The notes under the pieces were generated by a model. It saw only the letters and a program-made list of their open reading frames with translations, made no database searches and had not been told where the DNA came from. This document shows, one piece after another, positions 18,052 through 27,085 of a stretch of 53,080 bases of DNA; positions within the stretch are counted from its first letter, which is position 1, and each line of letters starts with the position of its first letter. This DNA is from a virus (taxonomy: Duplodnaviria; Caudoviricetes): IMG/VR virus record IMGVR_UViG_3300025162_000064, positions 1 to 53,080 of that record; one strand, written 5' to 3'. Made by a program: the position numbers and the translations under genes.

Positions 18052-19992
18052 TCATCTTTTTATTGCTTTGCGTGCAATGGATAGTGCGTGGGTTATGGCA
18101 TTCCCGCCACTAGAAAAGCTTTCAACGTTTTTGCCGCGCACCTCAGGTATCGTAAATGGTTTTTTCTCCACAAGAGGCATACCGAATTTAACCCGCGATT
18201 TGTTGGTTTCGGCAATTCTATCGTCGTAATTTACTATAGGTTGCGGGTCATACCCCCATTCATGATGACTGTCGCCGGAAGTATATAAATCTTTTGCTTT
18301 TACTGTTTTTTTTAATATTTTATAATTTCCATTTAAAGCCGAATCGCCGTGATCTTTTGCATACTGAGGATGAAGGGTAACCCAATCGCCTGGATTAATG
18401 TCTGTTATAGTTTTATCTTTGGGAACTGCTCTATATACAGTATGCCTTGAATGAGGCTTTCCTTTTGCTTCAGACAATATATTAAATGCTTGCCTGTCAT
18501 AACTATTTCCTTGTTCTCCGTAATAACGGAATCCATTGGGGCCATAAACATCGGGTGGATAAACGCCGGTTACATCATGCAATGGCGAACCGTCATCTTT
18601 GCTGGGAGCTTTGTGTTCGCCTTGATATTCACCAACATCCCCGCCGCCATTAGCGTGCGTCACGCTATCGCCGAACCACTGGCTAAAATTGGGATTGCTG
18701 GTGACGTCGCCACCGTCGGCCTTGTGGATGGCTTTCTGCTTAGGATCGAACGCACCGCTATTGCCAATGGCAGATTTGATCTGCGTTGGATGCCGCAGCA
18801 TGACGGCAAGATTGCCCTTCAGCGACGAAGGCATCCAAGAGTCATGCCCGGCTGCGCGCAACTGGTCAAACCAGTCTGACTGCGCCTTTTTGTAGTTTTG
18901 CGCCCGGCTTAGAGCCTCTGGCCGCTCTCCAGTGTATGGATTTTCTGCCTTCAAATACGCCGGAATAACCCGGCTTGCGGTGTTTGTCGGCTGGAATCTG
19001 CCGTTCTCCCACACATGCCCTTGGCTGTCATTGCTCTCGGCGTATTGACTGGCTTCATGAGGATCGGTCGTAAACCATGCACCATGCCGACCTACGTTAA
19101 ATGACGTGAAGTCCTTATCTTTCGACGTGCCTGTATAGTATGTGCGCGGGACGCCATTATCGTGCGTCACGCTATTGCCGAACCACTGGCTAAAATTGGG
19201 ATTGCTGGTGACGTCGCCACCGTCGGCAAACCCAGGCCGGCGCGGCAAGTCAGCAACGCCATGTGCGTCATTGATCGCCTTCACCTCGTCATCGCCTAGG
19301 ACGCGATTGACTTTCATGCCACCGCTGATGAGCCAATTACCGGACATATTCGGATTGGTTTTGTAGCGGTAGAAGCCACCATGCGGGACTTGGTCCGTAA
19401 TGTGGGCGGTGTTGGGGATAGGTTCGCCTTTGGCGTTCATGCGTGCGCGGCTATTAGCCAATGACTGCCAATCGACGTCTGCCGGATGCTCAACTTCAGC
19501 CCACACATGGTTTGACGGTCGCGTGTCTGGCGCTTTCAGGTCCGCATGCGACTTGGCACCAATGTGCGTGGCTACAGGAAGGTCGCCAGAGTGCCAGCCA
19601 GGACGGTATGCCAGATCGCCAAGGGTAGACTTTACACGCCCTTGTGACTTGCCTTGCGGCCCTTCTTCGGCAGTCAGCCACTGACCAACAGGAACCGGCT
19701 TATTAGCGTTCACAAACAGCGGATACAGCTTGCCGTTTTTCGTCTTGAACAGCTTGTATGCCTTCACCGTCTTCTGCGGTTCCGGCATGTCGCCAACGTC
19801 GCCACCGTCGGCATATCCATCGGGGATCGCGGTATGCTCATCACCCATACCGGTGACATGCACACCAGGGATCATGGAAGCCGGATGTGGCGGCTTTGGG
19901 TGGTCGCCGGTAGGTAGTGGCCCAATCTCCTTAGCAAGCCCCTTGGCGACCATTGTAGCGCGTCGGATGGCTTTGTCTGGGGATTGCATCAT
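18052..19992 (-). CDS. Polyvalent multi-domain protein with ADP-ribosyltransferase-like domains separated by ADGGDV motifs
   Basis: Domain 2 (NFSQWFGNS...FNVGRHGAWFT...VIPAYLKAENP...QIKSAIGNSGAFDP) resembles the ART of polyvalent proteins. Domain 3 has VYRAVP...INPGDWVT...HEWGY (R-S/T-E ART-like). The gene is coupled to the portal gene. Confidence 0.7.
   Translation of the reverse strand: MMQSPDKAIRRATMVAKGLAKEIGPLPTGDHPKPPHPASMIPGVHVTGMGDEHTAIPDGYADGGDVGDMPEPQKTVKAYKLFKTKNGKLYPLFVNANKPVPVGQWLTAEEGPQGKSQGRVKSTLGDLAYRPGWHSGDLPVATHIGAKSHADLKAPDTRPSNHVWAEVEHPADVDWQSLANSRARMNAKGEPIPNTAHITDQVPHGGFYRYKTNPNMSGNWLISGGMKVNRVLGDDEVKAINDAHGVADLPRRPGFADGGDVTSNPNFSQWFGNSVTHDNGVPRTYYTGTSKDKDFTSFNVGRHGAWFTTDPHEASQYAESNDSQGHVWENGRFQPTNTASRVIPAYLKAENPYTGERPEALSRAQNYKKAQSDWFDQLRAAGHDSWMPSSLKGNLAVMLRHPTQIKSAIGNSGAFDPKQKAIHKADGGDVTSNPNFSQWFGDSVTHANGGGDVGEYQGEHKAPSKDDGSPLHDVTGVYPPDVYGPNGFRYYGEQGNSYDRQAFNILSEAKGKPHSRHTVYRAVPKDKTITDINPGDWVTLHPQYAKDHGDSALNGNYKILKKTVKAKDLYTSGDSHHEWGYDPQPIVNYDDRIAETNKSRVKFGMPLVEKKPFTIPEVRGKNVESFSSGGNAITHALSIARKAIKR
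18646..19227. repeat. 75-bp direct repeat (18646-18720 and 19153-19227, 2 mismatches); its 17-bp core recurs at 19796-19812
   Basis: gccatta[g/t]cgtgcgtcacgctat[c/t]gccgaaccactggctaaaattgggattgctggtgacgtcgccaccgtcggc. Confidence 0.95.
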
Positions 19993-22271
19993 TGCTGTTC
20001 AGCTTGCTTTGCGATGGGGGCGGCAATCGGTGCCGCCTGGGGATGCAAGGCGATGTCGCGCGCCAGTTCGAGTAGCTGGATTTTTTCGTGGCTGGCACGG
20101 TCGGCGGCGCGGTTGCGGTCTTCCTGCATGACGTCATCTTGTTGAATGCCGAGGGCGTGACGCTTCGTCTGCGCGTCCATCAACTTCGCCCTTGCCGTCA
20201 TCAGATCGACAGGCGTGTCCACCTGCTGTTGCTGAACATCATGCGGCGCGCTCGCTTGGTGTTGCGCCTTCAGCATGTCCGCCTGGGCCTTCAGCGTCTG
20301 TGCGTCGGCCTGCTGCTTCTTGACCTGCATTTCCGCCATCTGCTTCTGCATTTCCGGCGGTGGCGCAGCCTGGGCAGACGGAGGAGCCATGAACTGGTCT
20401 GGGTTGGAGAAGCCGAGGGCCTGGATGCACGCACGATCAATAGCAATCGGGTCATACATCGTCGGGTTAGAAGCCTGTAGCTGCTTCAGCGCGGCAAGCT
20501 TCATCATACGCTGCGCTGCACTGGCTGTGTTCGGGTCTGCCTGGGGCGACAGTTCGTTGTCCTCTAGCGCCTTCAGGAACACCTTCTCGTCCCACGTATA
20601 TGCGGGTGTCTTGTTACGCTGCCAGAAGCTGTTCGGGTTTTCCTTGAAGCAACGTGCAAGCAACCGAAATTCCTCGGCCTGCGATGCGTGCATGCGCTTG
20701 TGGACACTGTTCAGCACCTTCGCGGCCTGTTCGATCATCGCCAGGGTGGTGCCGACAGGCGCGTCTGCGCGTCCTTCACCGACCTGCTGCTCAGACGTGC
20801 CGCCGATCCGCATACCCGTCGTGGCGATGTCATTAACCAGCGCCATCAAGGCTTGCGATGGTTCTTTATACGGGAGAGGCATGATGGCCTGATTAATGGG
20901 CATGCCACCGGTTTTGACCGGAGCGCCACCACCCGGCGGAACGCGGAAAATGTTAGTGTTTTGACGCGCGCCAGTATCCGCGAACAGAAAGCCAGGGAAA
21001 TTAGAATACATCCCAGCATCAAGCAACTCACGCCAAGCAGCAGTAATAGCGTTGGTAGTATTACCAAGTATATGCAGTAATCCAATGTCGTAGAAGCCGA
21101 AGCCAGGAACGAATGTATACTTGACGAAATTAGCACGCGGGTCAGGAAGTTCTTCGTCGTTCTTGTCGTAGTTTCGAACAATAGACAGGATTTGCTTCGA
21201 AGATACGTCAATAGTGACGCGATACGGGACTTCCAAGCCACTGATTTTGCCCTTGTATTTGTGTTCGTAGCCGACGATATCGAGTTCGCAATAAATCTCG
21301 TAAATTTCGCGGTCGCGGTCGTCAGGGTTCTTGGTTTCGGAACTGATGCCCTGCTGTGCGTCCTTCTCCTCCTTGACGGCATCAAGCTTAGGCGCGGCAG
21401 CCTGCGACAATTCGGTGTCGCGGTAGACGCCCATGATTTGCAGTCGCTTGACCGTCGATGGCTTCATCGAAACGCGGTGCGTGATGCGCCGGGCGTTCTG
21501 GAGGTCGGATGCGTTGTTGCTGACGATCAGATCGTCGGCGTCAACAGTCTCGCTCACAGGCCGGTTGCGCAATGGACAAAAATAGACCTTCTTGAACGCT
21601 GTGCCGCCGAAGCCAAGCAACAGCAGCATGCGGTCGGTGTCGGGATAGTATTCCGTCGCCGTGCTGGTGAGGTAGTGGTTAAAGTCCTTTTCCAGCGCGT
21701 CGGCCAACTGGTCCTGTTCGGCGGTGCTGCCGTTGCTGTCGTCCCTGATCTTGACCGGTCCATCGGTGGGCAGCATTTCCGAACGCGCGTTCGCCTGGAA
21801 GCGGAGGACAGCCTCCAGAAGCAGCGGGTGACGGACACGGGACATACCCTCGACAGGAGCGCCGTCAGACGCGCCGGCAAGGTTGGGTATCTCCACCTTC
21901 AGACCGAGAAGCTTAATGCCCTGTGCGCGGTCCTCAATCCATTCCTGTCGGGTTTCAAGGTCGTCCTCTACGCCGCGTAGCAGTTCGCTGCTGATGCGGC
22001 TTAGTTCGAGGTCGCTGATGTCCTCGGCCAGATTGTCGAACCAGCCCTTCGGACCACGGCTTTCGGCCTCGTCAATGGGCTTTCCGTCTAAGCTGACGGT
22101 GATCGAACCATCAGGGTGTTCAATGCGTAGGATCGCACCCTTGTCGTCATATTCCGGCGTATCCTGCTGCTCGTCGTCGTCTGCCACCACCACGTCCATC
22201 GGTGCAGGCTGCAAACCCGGTTCGGGTTCAGACAGCCGGATGTTCGGTGATAGGCCAGGAACGAGCGACAT
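19989..22271 (-). CDS. Portal protein
   Basis: 760 aa downstream of terL; HPLLLEAVLRFQA, GTAFKKVY, FVPGFGFYDIGL and APVGTTLA motifs of P22-like portals. Confidence 0.85.
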   Translation of the reverse strand: MSLVPGLSPNIRLSEPEPGLQPAPMDVVVADDDEQQDTPEYDDKGAILRIEHPDGSITVSLDGKPIDEAESRGPKGWFDNLAEDISDLELSRISSELLRGVEDDLETRQEWIEDRAQGIKLLGLKVEIPNLAGASDGAPVEGMSRVRHPLLLEAVLRFQANARSEMLPTDGPVKIRDDSNGSTAEQDQLADALEKDFNHYLTSTATEYYPDTDRMLLLLGFGGTAFKKVYFCPLRNRPVSETVDADDLIVSNNASDLQNARRITHRVSMKPSTVKRLQIMGVYRDTELSQAAAPKLDAVKEEKDAQQGISSETKNPDDRDREIYEIYCELDIVGYEHKYKGKISGLEVPYRVTIDVSSKQILSIVRNYDKNDEELPDPRANFVKYTFVPGFGFYDIGLLHILGNTTNAITAAWRELLDAGMYSNFPGFLFADTGARQNTNIFRVPPGGGAPVKTGGMPINQAIMPLPYKEPSQALMALVNDIATTGMRIGGTSEQQVGEGRADAPVGTTLAMIEQAAKVLNSVHKRMHASQAEEFRLLARCFKENPNSFWQRNKTPAYTWDEKVFLKALEDNELSPQADPNTASAAQRMMKLAALKQLQASNPTMYDPIAIDRACIQALGFSNPDQFMAPPSAQAAPPPEMQKQMAEMQVKKQQADAQTLKAQADMLKAQHQASAPHDVQQQQVDTPVDLMTARAKLMDAQTKRHALGIQQDDVMQEDRNRAADRASHEKIQLLELARDIALHPQAAPIAAPIAKQAEQQ

Positions 22272-22274
22272 ATG

Positions 22275-22454
22275 CTACCTCATGAGTGCGCCGTGTTCGG
22301 CAATAAAGCGTTCGATGGCTTCTTGCGCGGCATAATTATCAGCGATTGCTTTTACTGTATACGTCGCAGTAATTCCAGCCAAATCAGGCGACCATACTTC
22401 CACGGTGAAAGAACCGTCGCCATTGTCTTCAAGTGCCGCTTGGCATTTTAGCAT
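22275..22454 (-). CDS. Small hypothetical protein (59 aa, not in ORF track)
   Basis: Manual translation MLKCQAALEDNGDGSFTVEVWSPD...AAQEAIERFIAEHGALMR; fills the terL-portal gap. Confidence 0.55.
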   Translation of the reverse strand: MLKCQAALEDNGDGSFTVEVWSPDLAGITATYTVKAIADNYAAQEAIERFIAEHGALMR

Positions 22455-22456
22455 GA

Positions 22457-24130
22457 TTACACCGGATATAGAGGTTGTGGCGGTTTGCCTTGATGCCGGT
22501 TTGCTGCGTTCAACTCCGCAATACGCTCGGGGCTGCGGACAAGCAAGCCGAGGTCGCGCAGGTGACGGAGCGCCATGCTGACGGTATCGACAATGTCGTC
22601 ATGTCGCCCTTTGGGGAACTGACCGACCTGGGTGATGACCATATCTGCCCAGGCAAGATCAGGCGCGTATACCATGCCTTCGGAGAACAAAGCCTGCACG
22701 CTGTAGAGGCGCGCTAGCTTGTCCTGCGCCTTCGGATCGACCAACTGAACGGCGAAGTCTTCGTGGCCATACATGCGGCGCATCTCCTGCGACACACTGA
22801 TGCCAGACGCCTTGTTTTCGATCAGCAGCTTGTCAACCTTCAGCGTCCGGCAGGTCTTTGCTACCTTTTCCACGAGGTCATGTAATTCCAGACGTTCCTG
22901 CCAAGCCGTCATCAGCATGACCTTAGGCAGACCGTCGATGGTGCCGGTGCCTGACAATGCCTCGGCGTTTGCGCCATACCGATTGACCGTGCGGGTGGCG
23001 CGGGTGTCGGTTGATCCATACCATACGCCCCAGACCGTCAGGGCGCTGAAGTCATTCTCTTGCTTCGTGGTGTATGCGGTGTCCAGGCTGGCGATGATGA
23101 AATCGAACGGCGGGAAAGCTTCGTCAGGCCAGAGGTTCCACCACTCTCGCTTGATCACGCCGCCACCAGCCGGTTCAGGGCGCTGCTGTAGCTGGCCGGC
23201 TGTAGCCCATGGCCCTAGGGTCTTCTCAAGCAGCCTGACCTGCTCCTCGTCGAACCGCTCTGGCCACAACAGTTCCCCTGGCGTCTCGCGCGGGTCTTTC
23301 CATTGGATCGGAATGCCATCATCGGTCGCCCAGGCGGGCACCAGGGTGGTGTGGAATGACCGGTCTGGTTCGTATCGCATCGGTAGGCAGAGGTGCTGCC
23401 AGTCGCCAACACCGCGCTCTAGGACGTGTCCGCTGATGTCCTGCTCCGACAGGCGCTGCGCGATGACGATGCGGCAACCGAAACCGGGCTTCGAATTGTT
23501 CAGACGATTATACCACGCCATGTCCCACCACTCGATGGTAGACTTGATAATGGCTTCGCTGTTCGCCTCGGCGCTGTTGTTGAGGTCGTCGCCAATCAGG
23601 TAGGAGCCGCCAAGTCCGGTCGTGGCACCACCGACAGACACTGTGTTGCGTATGCCGTTCTTGTCGTTCTGAAATCTCTGCTTGGTGTTGGTATCGCCGG
23701 TCAGCTTAAACCGGCCTCCCCAACGCCGCTGATACCAGTCGGATTGGATGAGCGTGCGGCACTTAACGCTATCTTGCAGCGATAGCGCCATGGCGTAACC
23801 GGCGTGGAGGAATTGCACACCGGGACCAGACAGCGACGTGTTTGCTTGCTGCGCCCAAACCCAGGCAGGGAACATAACGCCGCAAACCGTCGATTTGCTA
23901 AATCGCGGCGGAATATTAATAAGCAGGTTGTTAATATATCCGTCCGCGCAAGCTTCTAAGTGTTCGCAAACAGCTTGTAGCGCGTAACCGCCAGTAGCAA
24001 ACTCTGCGCTGTCAATATGAGGCCAAGCGGCAACAGTAAAGTCATACAGCGATGCTTCCAGTTCGCACCGCTCTATTTCAAGTAACGCCTCATCTATATC
24101 AACGTTACTGTCGCCATACTTGATTATCAT
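22457..24130 (-). CDS. terL: Terminase large subunit
   Basis: LLINIPPRFSKS (Walker A variant), LIGDD (Walker B), SLDTA, IENKASG and FPKGRHDDIVD nuclease motifs. Confidence 0.95.
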   Translation of the reverse strand: MIIKYGDSNVDIDEALLEIERCELEASLYDFTVAAWPHIDSAEFATGGYALQAVCEHLEACADGYINNLLINIPPRFSKSTVCGVMFPAWVWAQQANTSLSGPGVQFLHAGYAMALSLQDSVKCRTLIQSDWYQRRWGGRFKLTGDTNTKQRFQNDKNGIRNTVSVGGATTGLGGSYLIGDDLNNSAEANSEAIIKSTIEWWDMAWYNRLNNSKPGFGCRIVIAQRLSEQDISGHVLERGVGDWQHLCLPMRYEPDRSFHTTLVPAWATDDGIPIQWKDPRETPGELLWPERFDEEQVRLLEKTLGPWATAGQLQQRPEPAGGGVIKREWWNLWPDEAFPPFDFIIASLDTAYTTKQENDFSALTVWGVWYGSTDTRATRTVNRYGANAEALSGTGTIDGLPKVMLMTAWQERLELHDLVEKVAKTCRTLKVDKLLIENKASGISVSQEMRRMYGHEDFAVQLVDPKAQDKLARLYSVQALFSEGMVYAPDLAWADMVITQVGQFPKGRHDDIVDTVSMALRHLRDLGLLVRSPERIAELNAANRHQGKPPQPLYPV

Positions 24131-24597
24131 TATGTTTTTCTGGCTTTTCGCGCAGCACGAGATTGCCGAACGATATCATTCCACATTTCTTCTTTTTTAT
24201 CGAAGGAGATACCTTCTTGGCGCAAATAGTTTCGAAGGGCCTTTGTGCATATTTGCCCAATCCGCGAGTCTGTCAATTTATGCATTTTCGCTAATTCGGT
24301 CTGGGTGTATCCCTGTTTATATTGCTCCAAAATAGCATGATAGCGCGCTATGCTTTTCTTCCGGTTCTCCGCCTCTAATGAAGCGCGCGAGGGCTTAACT
24401 GTCACGCCTTGACGAAGCTGAACACCGTGCTTGCCAAGCACTTCTATTAATTCAGCCCGTGTTATTCTACCCAATCCATACACATTAAGTAATTCAGCAG
24501 CAGAATACTTTTCCAGTTCTTCTGTTGTCTTGATTCCCATCCAAGTAATTAAGCAATTACGCGCCCTAGTAGACAGTTCTAGTTCGTCGATGTCCAT
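24130..24597 (-). CDS. RNA polymerase alpha-CTD-like domain fused to a sigma-4-like HTH
   Basis: IDELELSTRARNCL...IKT.EEL......ELLNVYGLGR....E, then GYTQTELAKMHKLTDSRIGQICTKALR. Confidence 0.75.
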   Translation of the reverse strand: MDIDELELSTRARNCLITWMGIKTTEELEKYSAAELLNVYGLGRITRAELIEVLGKHGVQLRQGVTVKPSRASLEAENRKKSIARYHAILEQYKQGYTQTELAKMHKLTDSRIGQICTKALRNYLRQEGISFDKKEEMWNDIVRQSRAARKARKT

Positions 24598-24620
24598 CTT
24601 CTTTGTCCTATACTGTTTGT

Positions 24621-25184
24621 TTACTTGTTCTGTTCTTTAGCAGCCAATAAAGCCTGCTTTAACGCATCCCGCGCATGAGCATCCAGTGAACTCGCGTCAA
24701 TACTCGCAACCTGCTGTGTCTGTATTGGCGCACCATTTGGTCCGCTCACCTCAGTCTTGTTCACATCGCCGTAAGTATTTCGGTTCAGTTTACTTGCCAG
24801 CCACTTGCGCGTGTCTACCATTACACGCTTTTGGTCTGACGGAATACTGTTGTCGTCTGAAATTGCAATCAGTTGGTCTACGTAAAACGACTGTTGGTCT
24901 TCACGAGCGCGTGTATACATCAAACTAAATTCAGGGTGAACACGCAACCAATTATACACCGTTTGTAGCGTTGGAACGCATTCGTGTTCCATTGCTATTT
25001 TATACAACGACTTGCCCACCGCAATTTCAGAGCAAATCAGTTCAGCAACTTTCACGTCATAGGTTGACGGATTGCCATTATTCGCCCGGCCATCCTTCTT
25101 CTTCGGTTGTTCGGCAGCCAGATCGGTCGTGCGCAGGACGACAGCCGGCGGTGCTTTACCTGAACCCTTACCCTTGACAGCCAT
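24621..25184 (-). CDS. terS: Terminase small subunit
   Basis: ICSEIAVGKSL...PTLQTVYNWL...YTRARE...VDTRKWLASKL...YGD...SGPNGAPI. Confidence 0.85.
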   Translation of the reverse strand: MAVKGKGSGKAPPAVVLRTTDLAAEQPKKKDGRANNGNPSTYDVKVAELICSEIAVGKSLYKIAMEHECVPTLQTVYNWLRVHPEFSLMYTRAREDQQSFYVDQLIAISDDNSIPSDQKRVMVDTRKWLASKLNRNTYGDVNKTEVSGPNGAPIQTQQVASIDASSLDAHARDALKQALLAAKEQNK

Positions 25185-25194
25185 CACATGCTCC

Positions 25195-25237
25195 AAAAAA
25201 ACGGTGGTTGATATATACATCAATCACCGCCCTTTTT
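25195..25237. terminator. Hairpin flanked by A- and T-tracts (possible bidirectional terminator)
   Basis: aaaaaa-cggtggttgat-atatac-atcaatcaccg-cccttttt between the early genes and terS. Confidence 0.5.
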
Positions 25238-25384
25238 CTACTGCTTCGGTTTTTTGGCCTTCCAAGCCGCCTTGATCTGCTCCCATGTGGCCGGGTTCTT
25301 CGGCGGGGGTAACTTGCGCGCTGCGGCCAGGAAACTGTCACCAGGGCGCCTGATGGCAGTTTCGTGGTAATCCTTGGTCGCCAT
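25238..25384 (-). CDS. Small basic hypothetical protein (48 aa, not in ORF track)
   Basis: MATKDYHETAIRRPGDSFLAAARKLPPPKNPATWEQIKAAWKAKKPKQ; AGGA upstream. Confidence 0.4.
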   Translation of the reverse strand: MATKDYHETAIRRPGDSFLAAARKLPPPKNPATWEQIKAAWKAKKPKQ

Positions 25385-25390
25385 GCTTTC

Positions 25391-25636
25391 CTACATCCCC
25401 AGGTTGCGGCGGTAGAGGTCCAGAAGGGCCTGCTCCTCCTCAACGTCAGCCTGCTCGCGCTTGCGGTCGGCGATCAGCCGGCGAAGCACCCTCTTGTCGA
25501 ATCCGGCGCTGGAAGCTTCGGTGTAGATATCTTTGATATCGGATGCGAGGGATTTCCGATCACTTTCTAAATTTTCGATGCGTTCGATGATGCTGCGCAG
25601 GCGTTCGGTGGAAATGTTGTGGCCGATTTCAGACAT
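25391..25636 (-). CDS. gapR: GapR-family nucleoid-associated DNA-binding protein (DUF2312)
   Basis: RLRSIIERIENLE.....LASDIKDIYTEA...GFD...LR.LI..RK.......EEQALLDLY...LGM is the GapR signature. Confidence 0.9.
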   Translation of the reverse strand: MSEIGHNISTERLRSIIERIENLESDRKSLASDIKDIYTEASSAGFDKRVLRRLIADRKREQADVEEEQALLDLYRRNLGM

Positions 25637-25871
25637 TTTTCTTCTCCTGTTCGAGCAAGTCATGCAACGTGTGCCGCATGATGATTTGTGCTGCATTCAG
25701 CGTTTTAGTCGGGGTATCGCTTTCGCTGGCAAGCACGGCTGTCAGCGTAGACAGCCCGAAAATAACCTCACCTAGCTGATTACGCTCATAAAATTTCTCC
25801 CTTTCGAAGATTTCATGGATTTCTTGGGCTAATTTAAGCGAACTCTCGCACCACTGTTCGAAGCTACTCAT
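25629..25871 (-). CDS. Hypothetical protein
   Basis: Coupled ORF in the early gene cluster. Confidence 0.5.
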   Translation of the reverse strand: MSSFEQWCESSLKLAQEIHEIFEREKFYERNQLGEVIFGLSTLTAVLASESDTPTKTLNAAQIIMRHTLHDLLEQEKKNV

Positions 25872-26169
25872 CTTCTTCGCTTTCCGATTTTTTATCATGC
25901 CTTGCAAAGAACATCGACATTCGGACTAATTCAAGGCCAACTACAGTGATAGCATCTGTTACATTATTGGCCCGGGAAACTTGTTCCGCCAGGATGACTG
26001 TCAGAACATAAATTTGCATACCAAGCGGCACATCGTGCATGATATTATTTTGAATAAACAGATCTAAAATCTGTTCATAATGTTTCAAGCATTCTTCATA
26101 CGAGGATTTGTTCATCACCGACGGATCAATGCTGTTTTTTAGCTGCGCGACAACATCTTCAATAGCCAT
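25864..26169 (-). CDS. Hypothetical protein
   Basis: GGAG RBS before the ATG at 26169. Confidence 0.5.
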   Translation of the reverse strand: MAIEDVVAQLKNSIDPSVMNKSSYEECLKHYEQILDLFIQNNIMHDVPLGMQIYVLTVILAEQVSRANNVTDAITVVGLELVRMSMFFARHDKKSESEEDE

Positions 26170-26315
26170 ATTGCTGTTTCTCCGTTTGATGGCCACAGAA
26201 TGGCCTGTGAAGCCGCTACAGCGGCATAGGGTATCATTCGGTAGTTGGATACCAGTGGCCACAGCAGGGTGACCCAGAAGGCCACCCAGAGGGCTGTGTC
26301 TAGGCTAATAATCAT
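26139..26315 (-). CDS. Small hydrophobic hypothetical protein
   Basis: ATGA overlap with the upstream stop; TM-like N-terminus. Confidence 0.3.
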   Translation of the reverse strand: MIISLDTALWVAFWVTLLWPLVSNYRMIPYAAVAASQAILWPSNGETAIWLLKMLSRS

Positions 26316-26578
26316 CCGGCGCACTTCGCCTTCACGCGGAGTGTTTCGACGCATGCGACTTTGTATGGCGTTGCGTGGCCGAGGATCGCCTTGACGGCAT
26401 CAGCGTCAATCGCTTTGCGCTCGCTGATAGTGACGCAGATGTCGGCGGTTTCGCCCGTGATGACATCCATGCCGGTTTCGAGGAGGGCCTTGCGCGCTGC
26501 GGCGACAGCCTGTTTAGCGGATTCTTCGGCGGCTTTAGCTTGCATGTAAGCGAGGACGAGGGGAGCGGTGTTGGACAT
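26312..26578 (-). CDS. Hypothetical protein (coiled coil plus beta tail)
   Basis: 88 aa with an RBS and a sigma70-like promoter upstream. Confidence 0.55.
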   Translation of the reverse strand: MSNTAPLVLAYMQAKAAEESAKQAVAAARKALLETGMDVITGETADICVTISERKAIDADAVKAILGHATPYKVACVETLRVKAKCAG

Positions 26579-26624
26579 TGTGTGTTTCCTATCATGTAAA
26601 CTGCACCGTTCTTGGTGCTGAAAC

Positions 26625-26855
26625 CTATATAAAACTAACCACTTTCTTTGTCAACTTCACCCTTGGGATTTTTGATGCTTTTTTGACGAGAAGTTCGAAA
26701 TTTTTCGTTTCTTCGTTCCGCCGCGTTGTGACGATGATCGCCCCGTCATCATGCATCGACCATATCACCATTTGATCTGCGTCCGGCTCCCACCTCCATG
26801 TGCCATCACCAAAGTGCCGAGTTGCAGCGATGTTCCATTGGTCAGTGATGTGCAT
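26625..26855 (-). CDS. Hypothetical protein
   Basis: ATG at 26855 immediately after the upstream stop. Confidence 0.45.
   Translation of the reverse strand: MHITDQWNIAATRHFGDGTWRWEPDADQMVIWSMHDDGAIIVTTRRNEETKNFELLVKKASKIPRVKLTKKVVSFI
26626..26654 (-). promoter_or_regulatory. Sigma70-like promoter
   Basis: Minus strand TTGACA-17 nt-TATATA, upstream of 26578. Confidence 0.55.
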
Positions 26856-26856
26856 G

Positions 26857-27075
26857 TCAGTGGCTTTCGAGGTTGATGTCGCAGTCTTCGCAAATGCCGG
26901 CGAAGATATCGGCTGGAAGGCGACCTGACAGCACAAGCAGCGCCATATCGACGGTCAGGCTGAGATCGTTGTCAGAAATGTTCTTACGCAACTCTGCCGC
27001 AGCATCGGTAGCAATCGCCACCAATTCATCAGACGGCAAGTTGATGTATGTATTATACAAATGGTTCGGGTTCAT
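26857..27075 (-). CDS. Hypothetical protein
   Basis: AGGA RBS, 72 aa. Confidence 0.45.
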   Translation of the reverse strand: MNPNHLYNTYINLPSDELVAIATDAAAELRKNISDNDLSLTVDMALLVLSGRLPADIFAGICEDCDINLESH

Positions 27076-27085
27076 ATGTATTATC

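Noticed and set aside
18646-19227. 75-bp repeat as a DGR template/variable repeat pair
   Set aside because: No reverse transcriptase is present, there are only two mismatches, and both copies are in frame within one ORF.
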